Source of the DNA: Chrysomallon squamiferum | Lineage: Eukaryota; Animalia; Mollusca | Assembly (NCBI GenBank): GCA_012295275.1 | Contig: CM022677.1 | Location: 13,578,001-13,642,000 of the forward strand | DNA: 64,000 bases | Direction of reading: 5' to 3' | Shown: positions 43,026 to 53,396 of the stretch, one piece after another | Position numbering within the stretch: the first letter of the stretch is position 1 | Layout of the letters: each line of letters starts with the position of its first letter | Notes under the pieces: generated by a model | Told to the model about the DNA's origin: nothing | The model's input: only the letters and a program-made list of their open reading frames with translations | The model's database searches: none | Translations under genes and position numbers: made by a program

Positions 43026-44664
43026 ATAAAGGGAAACGTATATTAAACAAGAAGGACGTTACCAGACTTTGGGCTATAGCTAAAGCTAAAGCATTTGATA
43101 TATTATCAGAGATAAATGTGCCGGTGGATCAGCGGTTACAAATTCGGCGTCAATATCCAAATTTACAGATTCCAAATCAAGATTTCTATTCGGCAATACA
43201 AAATATTCGGAACGAATATAACCATATTGAAGATCAAGACGAAGAGGACCCTTTTAATACGCCTATATACCCAGAAGACGAACAAGCATTAAAAGCATCA
43301 GAACAACAAGGCATGAAACGACAAAACATCAAACCTGGAGGAGGATCTAGCTCCAAAGTTCCTAATAATAATCAACTATCTACGAGGATATCACAAGATT
43401 TATTGGATCAATATAATTCCAAAGGAACGTATGTTCAACCTCAAGAGTCCGTAATGGAACCTGATTCTATCATGAACGAAGAGGTAACTGATACAGGTGG
43501 AAGTGAAGCCGTAGAAGGTGCTCCTATGGCCTCTGCTACAGGAAATAACGTTTTATACCAAGGATTTGGAGGTACAACGTCTGGAGCTAATCATTTAAAC
43601 GAACATTCACTAGTGAGATTAATTTCTCTAAACAAAGAAAACCTAGTATGTCAGTTATAGATAATGCAACAGATGCTTCAGCATGGAAAAATGCAATAGG
43701 TGATCCAAATGTGTGAATTTACATTCAATCATGGTGGTCACATTATACCTTATTGGTATAAAGCAGCTAGTACGAAGGCAGACGATTGGAATTTACCTGA
43801 TGAGGTTGTAGGCTATAAAATTAAAAAATTCGGATTTAATATAAATAATATGATAATACATGTTCCAAACGAAGTACCAGTAATGGCACCTCCAAATGCA
43901 CGAGTTTGGACATTTACAGATATTTATAATGATTATGGATTACCTGATAAACATTTGGACCTATCTCATAATAATCGATTAAAAGATGAAGAATGTATGG
44001 ACTGCTATCACTACCTATTTTAACCATCAGTACAGGAATGTACACTATTCAGCTTGTTATCAAAATAAAGCTGGTAAAGATTTAGGAGCACGATCGATGG
44101 CAGATGATGCTAGCACCAAACTAGGTAAAAGCGGTATATCTAGCAATGATTTAGATAATCCAAATGTGAACACGTGCATGGACGGTAAACACCGTCGTAC
44201 GTATCAGTGCAATAGACCTCCTATGTTCCTAATAGGTTTATACCCTGATGTAGAGAAAACTAGCAACGGAGCTACATTATTCTTTAATTACCATGCTAAC
44301 ATACAAATAACTTATTATAGCGAGGTGGAGTTTTTAGTCAGAACGGCAATGTGTCCAAAATACATACCTATAGGTTTGGGTGGATGTCCGTCAGGTAATG
44401 GCAGGACTCATTTTTAAATTGAACGATACTACAACTGTAGGAAATAAAGACAATGTGAAACATACAGAACAAGATCAATTCTTAGATGAAACTGTAAAAC
44501 AATATAAAGATCGAATCGAAAAAACATGGAAAATGAGAATATATGCCCCTATATGGGACAATTGGAATAAACGTAAAGCCAGACGACGATTTATCTGGCC
44601 AGTACACGGTGCTTATGGAGATAGAAGTGTACCTATTACAGGAGATTGGTCTTATCCAGTATAA
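43022..44664 (+). pseudogene. Parvovirus-like capsid (VP) gene, genome 1, frameshifted and internally deleted
   Basis: ORF fragments 43022, 43700, 43986 and 44380 are colinear with 48512-50479. Motifs include GGHIIPYWY, WTFTDIYNDYGLP, RPPMFLIG..QITYYSEVEF (reminiscent of parvoviral jelly-roll strands) and a basic C-terminal NKRKARRR. AATAAA follows at 44671. Confidence 0.75.
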
Positions 44665-44754
44665 AAACAAAAATAAATAAATGAAAATACTTTCTCATAG
44701 TTGCGTAAGAATACAGTTAAAAGTATGTTAATATTTACGTTCATTTAGTCACGT

Positions 44755-44806
44755 AACATTTATTACGTCATGTTTGTGACGTCATGTTCATAACGTTATA
44801 AATAAA
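44755..44806 (+). promoter_or_regulatory. Internal NS1 promoter, genome 1
   Basis: GTCACGTA, TTACGTCA and TGACGTCA (CRE/ATF-like), followed by TATAAATA at 44797. The same arrangement occurs at 50551-50608. Confidence 0.7.
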
Positions 44807-44912
44807 AGATCGTTCAGCGAAAAAATTACTCATTTGTTTGTTATCTGTTACATGAAATTGAATATTTTAAACAAACATATACATTTAATTTTGATTGTCA
44901 TCAGGATTAATA

Positions 44913-47012
44913 ATGGATAGATATGTTGAAACCGTTGGAGATAGTTATTATAGTGTGGTTATAGGACACACTAGTTACGACATGGTACACCTGAAATTTT
45001 TGGTACCCAGATCTCTAGCTAAAGACAAAGAAGGTAAATACGTTTACGCACCAGGCAAGAATTATATTAAAAGCTACCAGATGGATCAGCAAGACATATT
45101 AGACAAGACTGTGGATCATTGGGCCACGCCCAATTACGAATATCTGGCAAAAGGACAGGACAGAGTCGTGACAGAATTGAAATCCTTTATACGAAACAAG
45201 AACTGGAAGATACTATTAGTATATCATCAAAAAGATTGTCAAGTAGAAAGTAATTATCCTACTTATGGTTCTCACGTTCACATTATATGGAAAACTAACA
45301 TGAAGACCCCATCACAAGATAGACAATACAGACGACTCCATCGTGCAATTTTAAATGAAAAGGGATACATCAGGATTCGTAAATTGAAGGATCCACAATG
45401 TACATCTGTAGAAAACTACATGATGTATTTGATGAACGATTCAGAGAAGATGTATTTAGGAACAAATGACGAAAAGATGCTACACATTTGGAACGAAACA
45501 GAAAAATGTTCCAACGAGGAGGAAGAAGACTTAATGAACGTTCTGTTAGATTTTTTTGACGATCAACCAATAAAAGATAACAGTACAATTATTTCCGATA
45601 TCAAAGAGCCTGTGAGAAAGGAAGACGTCAATTCCAATAAGAGTACAACATCATCTCATGTCGTGAATCACGGCAAAGAAACATCTTCCGCAGCAGCTAA
45701 GATGGAGGAAGTGATGTTAGAAACTATACCTGAAGACAAAAACAGGATCAACTAGTTCCATCTCATCTGATAACGAACAAATCAGCTGATACATTTGACT
45801 TCTTTTATAAACTAATAGTTAAACATCCAGACGTGAACAAACTGAATTTTTTAATCAGCAAATATGACAGTAACAGTAACGAGTTTAAAGCTATATGTAG
45901 CTAACACATCAGGAGAAAAGCTATTCAAGGCTGCTAGATCGAAATACATGGAAGAGGAAGCAGACAAGAACGCATACGACCAGATTCTGTCATTATCGGA
46001 AAACATCGATAATTACATGACACCAGATAACAGTTTAAAAGTGTTCAACACCTGGTGTGTAGAACAATGCATTCCTGAACGATGGTTGTATGTGTTAATT
46101 GTTTCTGTTTTGAAAGGAAAAGGAAAAAAGAAAGTAGGATTGTACTTACAAGGAGAATCCGATTCCGGTAAAACAATGATATCGAGCAGTATGTTCGAAT
46201 GTCTTAACTGCGCCGGAAAAATAGCCAAGGATAATGTCCCCTGGCAGATGCTAGGTAACAAGAAGATTGTGCTAGGTGAAGAGATTTGTATCACGCAAAG
46301 TAATATAGACAAGTACAAAGATCTACTAAGCGGAAGCAAAGCCACTTGTGAGCGTAAAGGAACTACACCTACCTACTGTCGAGCTAATCTATGCATGATC
46401 AACTCTAACAACCCGTTTGGTCAGATCAGTATAATGAAAACCCGACTCTATTTTCTACAGGATTTAAAGAAAAGTGATACATTGAAGCAAGCCTATAATC
46501 TGATACATCCAGGATTATTCAAAATCGGTTTCAAACCTACAGAGGACGAAATGATGATAGCTTTGGAAAATGACAGGGAATATTTTAGACTAAAACATAA
46601 TAACAATATAAATGACAATACAGTCGACGGCAGGAATAGTTATTTCAGAGATAACTTTGATGACAGTCAGACAGTCAGCGAGCCTACAACACATATACTT
46701 TGCAATTCATCACCTAACAAAAGAAAATATATCGAGATATCGTCAGACGATGACGAACCAGAACAGGAAAATAAGTATTGTGCTTCGCAGGATCTCTTCA
46801 TACAGAGTCAGAAACGATTCAAAGGTGAATCTGATGAAAACAAAGGTAGTAAACGTGAATTAGAAGAAGAGGATGAAGTGGTGTCTCCCACACCGCCTTC
46901 AAATAACAAAACATTAAAGATGTACATACCGGAATCTCAACCGTTCTACGACGACTTCACAGAAACAATTCAAGAGACACAAATGGACATATTTAAACGT
47001 TATAAACAATAA
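44913..47012 (+). pseudogene. NS1: Parvoviral NS1/Rep (HUH endonuclease + SF3 helicase), genome 1, disrupted around 45750-45900
   Basis: HUH motif GSHVHIIW; Tyr motif ENYMMYLMN; Walker A GESDSGKT; Walker B KIVLGEE; B' YKDLLSGSKATCERKG; motif C CMINSNN. AATAAA at and just after the stop. Confidence 0.93.
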
Positions 47013-47314
47013 AAATAAACGTAATAATAAACATTAAAAGACATCAGTGCTGATTTATTGTTCTTACGTTGATATTAATGTTCATTAAAAGTTATTTCTT
47101 GAAATAAAATTATTTATTAAAATTAATTACCTTCGTTTAGTTAATTATTTAAATAAACTATTACTATCGTCTGCAATATAACGGAAATGACGTCATATAA
47201 AATAACTTCATTTAAAGAAACGGATATGACGTCATATCCATTTAAATTATATACTCTCTTCAAAATAAAAAATAGGGGTCGGGGGTGTGAAAATGCAAGA
47301 TATGATAGATTATC

Positions 47315-47758
47315 AACTCTACTCTTGTTATAGTAAAAAAAAAAAGTTCCTCACTACATGGCTTTTTAGCTTTTTGGCTTTTTAACCAAATGTACTTTTA
47401 ACCCGAAGGTGATAATGTTCCTTCGGGCGAAGCCAAAACCCGAAGGATCATAAGTTAAAAAAACAAAGTTCCCCATGATTGGCTTTTGGCTTTCGGCTTT
47501 TTAACCAAATGTACTTTTAACCCGAAGGTGATAATGTTCCTTCGAGCGAAGCCAAAACCCGAAGGATCATAAGTTAAAAAAACAAAGTTCCCCATGATTG
47601 GCTTTTGGCTTTTGGCTTTTCGACCAAATGTACTTTAATTTATGCTCCTTCGGGCGAAGCCTAAGCACCTTCGGGTTAAAAGTACTTTTGGTCAAAAAGC
47701 CAAAAGTCAGTAATGAAGATCTTTGTTTTTTTTACAAATCACAAGAGTTAGGTTGACA
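47315..47758. repeat. Right terminus of genome 1: two tandem half-hairpins (~120-bp period) plus one imperfect full hairpin
   Basis: AAAGTTCC..GGCTTTT..CCAAATGTACTTTTAACCCGAAGG.. units start near 47343, 47465 and 47584. The last one folds back (..AAAAGTACTTTTGGTCAAAAAGCCAAAAG). Confidence 0.88.
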
Positions 47759-48001
47759 ATTTCTACCTAACTCTTGTTTACTGTTAAAAAAACAAAGTCC
47801 CTCATTAACTGGATTTCTGGCTTTTTAGCTTTTTGACCACAATGTACTTTTAGCCCGAAGGTGATAACGTTCCTTCGGGCGTAGCCAGAACCCTTCGGAT
47901 CATAAGCTAAAAGTACATTGTGGTCAAAAAGCTAAAAAGCCAGAAATCCAGTTAATGAGGGACTTTGTTTTTTTAACAGTAAACAAGAGTTAGGTAGAAA
48001 T
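47759..48001. repeat. Left terminal hairpin of genome 2 (perfect 96-bp inverted arms, 51-nt structured loop)
   Basis: 47759-47854 is the exact reverse complement of 47906-48001. The loop holds CCGAAGG..CCTTCGG and GGC-GTA-GCC mini-stems. Confidence 0.95.
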
Positions 48002-48054
48002 CTATCAGGTCATGATTTAAACACCCAAACATTGCTTTTTTTTTTTTTTTAAGA

Positions 48055-48125
48055 GTATTACGTCATATCCGTACTGTCACGTGATATTATGTATATATTA
48101 CAATACATTTTACAATTATATCATT
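48055..48125 (+). promoter_or_regulatory. Left-end viral promoter, genome 2
   Basis: TTACGTCA (CRE-like), GTCACGTGA (E-box), TATATATT at ~48093 and TCATT (initiator-like) upstream of ATG 48152. Confidence 0.55.
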
Positions 48126-48151
48126 TGTGATCAAGTCATTCACTCGATAGG

Positions 48152-48515
48152 ATGTTCACAGCTTTAGGAATTATAGCAACAGAACTAATTGAATACGCCT
48201 TTGATGCTTCAGTGGAATTAGCTACATCTGCTATAATAGAATCTACAGCACCTGCTATTACTGATAGTAGGTGCTGACAGTTTATACCTAGAACCAGCTA
48301 CAGCTATTGGACAGTCGATAGTGGAATCGTCAGTTGAAGGTATTTCTACATTTACTAAGAATCAAATACAAGAAGCATTAAATCAATTTGGTGATTTAGT
48401 TAAATCGAGTGGAAAGGACATTGATACTAACGTTTCTAAGTCTGAACGAGACGACTTAGAACAGGAAGAGGACGAGTACGTAAGTTACGTATATAGAAAC
48501 AGTCCAGTTTCATGA
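48152..48515 (+). pseudogene. Viral small upstream ORF, genome 2 (one frameshift near 48265)
   Basis: MFTALGIIATELIEYAFDASVELATSAIIESTAPAI../..ESSVEGISTFTKNQIQEALNQFGDLV..EEDEYVSYVYRNSPVS*. Confidence 0.8.
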
Positions 48516-50479
48516 ATAAAGGAAAACATCTTCTGAATAAGAAGGAAGTGACACGACTTTGGGCAATAGCTAAATCTAAAGCATAGTCCATATTAGCAGA
48601 CTTAAACGTGCCGGTTGATGAGCGCCAAGATAGGTGGTTACAAATACGACGTCATTATCCAAATTTACAAATTCCTAATCAAAGTTTCTATCAGGCAATA
48701 TAAGATCTTCGGGAAAACCATTACAATCCTGAGAATTCGGACGAAGAAGACCCTTTCAATACACCTTTATACCCAGAAGACGAACAAATACAGGGTAGAC
48801 CACAGTCACAACCAAAACAAGCTATGAAGAGACAAAGAACTGAACCAGCAGGTGGATCAAGTTCGAAAGTTCCTAATAACAATCAATTATCAGATAGAAT
48901 ATCTCAAGATGTATTAGAACAATCTAATTCTAAAGGAACTTACCTTCAACCACAAGAGTCTGTAATGGAGCCTCATTCAATAATGAATGAAGAGGTGGCA
49001 GATACAGGTGGAAGTGAAGCTGTTGAAGGTGCTCCGATGGCCTCAGCTACAGGTAACAACGTTTTGTACCAAGGATTTGGAGGCACCACTAAAGCAGCTA
49101 ATCCACAATATATATAACTATTAAAAAGACATTCAAAAGAACATTTACAAGTGCAATAAATTTTACTAAGACTAGGAAAGCTACCATGAAAATATTAGAT
49201 AATGATACAGAAAATATTAATTGGAAAAAGGCTATAGGTGATCCTAATGTTTGTGAATTAACATTTAATCATGGAGGACATATTATACCGTATTGGTATA
49301 AGCAAGCTAGCACTAAACCTGATGATTGGAATTTACCAGATGAATTTGTTGGATATAAGATAAAAAAAATTGGATTTAATATAAATAATATGATAATACA
49401 TGTTTTAAATAATACTAAATCAGATCCAAACGAAGTACCTGTAATGGCACCTCCAAACGCACGCGTTTGGACGTTTACAGATATTTACAATGATTATGGA
49501 TTACCAGAAAAAAATCTAGATTTGTCACATAATAATAACTTTAAAGACGAAGAATGTATGGATACTACATCTCAAAGAAGCATACTGGTTCAACCAGATC
49601 GTAAACTATATGTACCTAGTGATATAGGTAAGCAATTGTTAAATAATGCTTGGAATGGTAATGGTGTATTATATCAAGCAGAAACACCTAATTATATTTA
49701 TGACATGAAAAAACATGATGGATACCGTGAAACAGTCATAAGTGCTGGAGGATTTGGATTGGATTATACTTGTAAAGATTCCCCATTAGTTATATTTCCA
49801 GGTGAATCTACTCAGACAATTAATTTCACACAAATGTCTGGGCTAACAAAAAAAGATAGATATCAATGTAGCAATGAAAATAAAAACAATCTAGAAGTGT
49901 GGCCAACACATGACATTTCAGTAACTAATGTATCAACACATCCCATGGGAACTGCAGTAGCTACATATTTTAATCATCAATACAGAAAGGTACATTATAC
50001 AGCTTGTTTCCAAAGCAATCCATCTAAAGTTTTGGGTGCTCAATCAATGGTAGATGATGGAGGTACTAAAATGGCTAAAGGTGGTGTAATGTCAAATGAT
50101 GCAAACGATCCGAACGTTGATACATGTACGGATGGTTCGCATGGACGAACGTTTCACTGTAACAGACCTAAGTATATACCAATAGGTTTAGGTGGATGTC
50201 CTGGCCCTATGCAAGGACTTACATTTAAAGATAACGACACAAAACCCATGGGAAATAAAGACAACGTAAAACATACTGAACAAGATCAGTTTTTAGATGA
50301 AAATATAAAACAATATAAAGAACGAATTCAAAAAACATGGACAATGAGAGTGTATGCCCCTGTATGGGATAATTGGAATAAACGTAAGGCTAGACGTCGA
50401 TTATTATGTACACGGTGCATATGGTGATAGAACGGTACCAATCACTGGTAATAGTACTGATTGGCCTTATCCAATATAA
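48512..50479 (+). pseudogene. Parvovirus-like capsid (VP) gene, genome 2
   Basis: Starts MNKGKHLLNKKEVTRLWAIAK. Includes fragment 48824-49117 and the 413-aa ORF 49186-50427, and ends ..WPYPI* at 50479 after a frameshift. Confidence 0.78.
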
Positions 50480-50550
50480 ACTTATGTAAATAGTTATTAT
50501 AGTTGCGTATGAATACAGTTAAAAGTCTTTTTAAACGTTAACGTTCATAT

Positions 50551-50608
50551 TGTCACGTACACATTATTACGTCACTTTCATGACGTCATGTTCAATTTGT
50601 TATAAATA
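50551..50608 (+). promoter_or_regulatory. Internal NS1 promoter, genome 2
   Basis: GTCACGTA, TTACGTCA and TGACGTCA, then TATAAATA at 50601. Confidence 0.7.
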
Positions 50609-50694
50609 AAGACGTTCGTTTTGAGAATTTGTCACTTGTTCGTTGTTCTTTCAACATTGACAAACACTTACAATCACCAATCGGATATAGAAGT

Positions 50695-52858
50695 ATGGAT
50701 AGATTATATCGAGTTGCCTGACGATCGCTATTATAGTGTAGTAATTGGACATTCATTGTACGATATGGTACACCCGAAGTACCTAGTTCCGAGATGCTTA
50801 GCGAAAGACAAAGACGGGAAATGTGTCTATGCTCAGGGAAATAATTTTATCAAGAGTTTCCAAATGGATCCACAGGATTTATTAGATAAACCTGTGGATC
50901 ACTGGGCCACGCCTAGTCACGAGTACCTGGCACGAGGACAAGACAGAGTGATAACAGAACTGAAGTCATTCTTGAGGAATAAGAATTGGAATAAGAATCA
51001 CCAAAAAGATTGCGAGGTGGATCAATCGTACCCAAGTTATGGATCGCACGTGCACATCATATGGCGAAACAACATGAAAACTCCGTCTCAAGATAGACAG
51101 TACAGACGTTTGCATAGAGCCATGTTAAACGAAAAGGGATATATAAAGATCAGAAAAGTAAAGCAGCCACAATCTACTTCGATAGAAAACTACATGTGTT
51201 ACCTTATGAATGATAACGAGAAGATGTACCTCGGTACTAATGATGACAGAATGCTGAAAATTGTGGATAAACGTTGAAAAACGTATTCATGAGGATAATG
51301 CAGAGATTTTAAATATTCTGAGTGATTTCTTTGACAACGATAACGTGTCAGTTGACGTAACTACGTCTAACATTAAAGAACCTGTACGAAAACAGAAAAT
51401 AAATATAAAAACAGAGGAAGTAATTCCACATACGTCAATCGCTCATGGTGCAGGAACTAGCTCTATTGATGCTAAGATTGAGAGTGACTTACTGAATGCC
51501 ATGATGGAAAAAAATACTGATAATACGAATACAACGAATAACGATAAGATACCAACACACCTATTGACAAATAAGTCTGCAGAAACACTAGACTTTTTTT
51601 ACAATTTAATTGTGAAATATCCGGATGTCACTAAACTTAACATGTTAATAAGCAAGTTCGATACATCATCGAATGAATTCAAAGCATTATGCAACTCCGT
51701 TGCCAACACATCGGGAGATAAACTGTTCAAAGCAGCTCGTTCGAAGTATTTAGAAGAGCAATCAGACAAGAACGCCTTCGAACAGATTAACGATTTCAGT
51801 GATAAATAGATCATTACATGACTCCAGAGGACAGCTTAAAAATCTTTAATAGTTGGTGTATTGAACAAGAGATACCCGAACGATGGCTATACTGTCTAAT
51901 AGTTGCACTACTTAAAGGAAAGGGAAAGAAAAAGGTTGGGTTGTACTTTCAAGGTGAATCGGACTCTGGAAAGACAATGTTATCAAGTTCCATGTTTGAG
52001 TGTCTGTCATGCGCAGGCAAGATTGCCAAGGATAACTTCCCATGGCAGATGCTCGGCAATAAAAAAGTAGTATTAGGTGAGGAAATTTCAATTAACTAGA
52101 CAAACATAGATAAGTATAAGGATTTGTTAAGTGGAAGCAAGGCAACGTGTGAGAGAAAAGGGACCAAGCCATCGTATTGTAGAGCCAATATCTGCATGTT
52201 AAATTCCAATAACAAATTTGGTGATGGACTAACAACGTCTCAGATAAGCATAATGAAGACTAGATTGTATTTAATACAAAATCTCAAGAAAAGTGAAGTA
52301 CTAAAACATTCCTATAACTTGATCCATCCAAAATTGTTTACTGTTGCATTTGAGCCATCAGATGATGAGATCAACATAGCTTTAGAAAATGATAGAGATT
52401 ATTTTATTCACAAAGGAAACAATAACATTAATGATAACACATTTGACGGAAGGAACATGTATTTTCATGATAATTTCGATGACAGCCAGTCAGTGTTAGG
52501 AACTCAAGACCCTATGATCAATTGCTTGCAAGAAGACAAAATAGAGTATATAACCATATCCAGTGACGAGGATGAGGAACATGCAAACAATTCATACAAT
52601 CCATCACAGGATCTATTTATTACATCACAAAAGGTTAATGACAGTCAAGATACACATTCAAAAAGAATTAAACGAAAACGTGATGAAGAAATTGATCCTA
52701 ATTATATAACAGTTGGCGAAGAACCAAACGAACCAGAAGAAAAACATTTCAAATTTTATGTACCAGAAACACAACCATTCCATGGAATGTTTACTCAAAC
52801 GATACTTGGAACACAGATGGATACATTCAATAAATTCAAAGCCGAAAATGACTCATAA
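50695..52858 (+). pseudogene. NS1: Parvoviral NS1/Rep, genome 2, split by stops and frameshifts
   Basis: Fragments 50621, 51261, 51818 and 52124 contain GSHVHIIW, ENYMCYLMN, GESDSGKT, DNFPWQ, KVVLGEE and CMLNSNN. Confidence 0.93.
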
Positions 52859-53083
52859 ATTTACAAACATTATGTGATAATTAATTAATGTTATATTGTT
52901 AGTAAATAAATATGTTATATTATTAATAAATATTTGTATTAAAAATATATTAAATAATTACTTAATTAAAATAAAATATGTTATAAACTTATTTATGTTT
53001 TTGTTATTTATTAACAAAAAATATTTTTAAAATATTTACCAATAACGTCTGCAATTAATAACGAATATGACGTCATATATATT

Positions 53084-53396
53084 AAAACAAAGTTCCCCAT
53101 GATTGGCTTTTGGCTTTTGGCTTTTTGACCAAATGTACTTTAATTTATGCTCCTTCGGGCGAAGCCTAAGCACCTTCGGGTTAAAAGTACTTTTGGTCAA
53201 AAAGCCAAAAGCCAGTAATGAAGATCTTTGTTTTTTTTTTACAAATCACAAGAGTTAGGTTGACAATATATCACGTCTTGTCTTTCACTCCCCCCACCCT
53301 ATATACTTTTTTTTATATTTTGAGATGACGTTATGTCACGTGACTATGCACCTTCGGGTGTTAAAGTACATTTGGTCAAAAAGCCAAAAGCCAGTC
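53084..53396. repeat. Right terminal hairpin of genome 2, plus inverted ITR sequence and a final hairpin fragment
   Basis: 53084-53267 is nearly identical to ~47578-47759. 53205-53322 resembles the reverse complement of 47260-47367. 53348-53396 repeats a hairpin half. Confidence 0.88.

Larger units (their letters stand above)
42624..53396 (+). mobile_element. Endogenous parvovirus/densovirus-like element: tandem of two divergent genomes with terminal hairpins
   Basis: Two colinear units (small ORF, capsid, NS1), separated and followed by palindromic termini. NS1 carries HUH and SF3 helicase motifs. Confidence 0.93.

Noticed and set aside
44913-47012. Rep as Helitron, CRESS-DNA virus or bidnavirus
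   Set aside because: The helicase is SF3 with parvovirus-like B/B' motifs, not PIF1. The termini are long hairpins rather than a short nonanucleotide stem-loop, and no protein-primed PolB is present.
47343-47760. ~120-bp repeated palindromic units as a CRISPR array or tRNA/ncRNA cluster
   Set aside because: No unique spacers, no cas genes and no cloverleaf. The units are parts of the viral terminal hairpin.
49186-50427. 413-aa ORF as an intact, domesticated capsid gene
   Set aside because: It lacks 46 codons kept in genome 1 and is frameshifted at both ends; nothing in the sequence indicates it is maintained.
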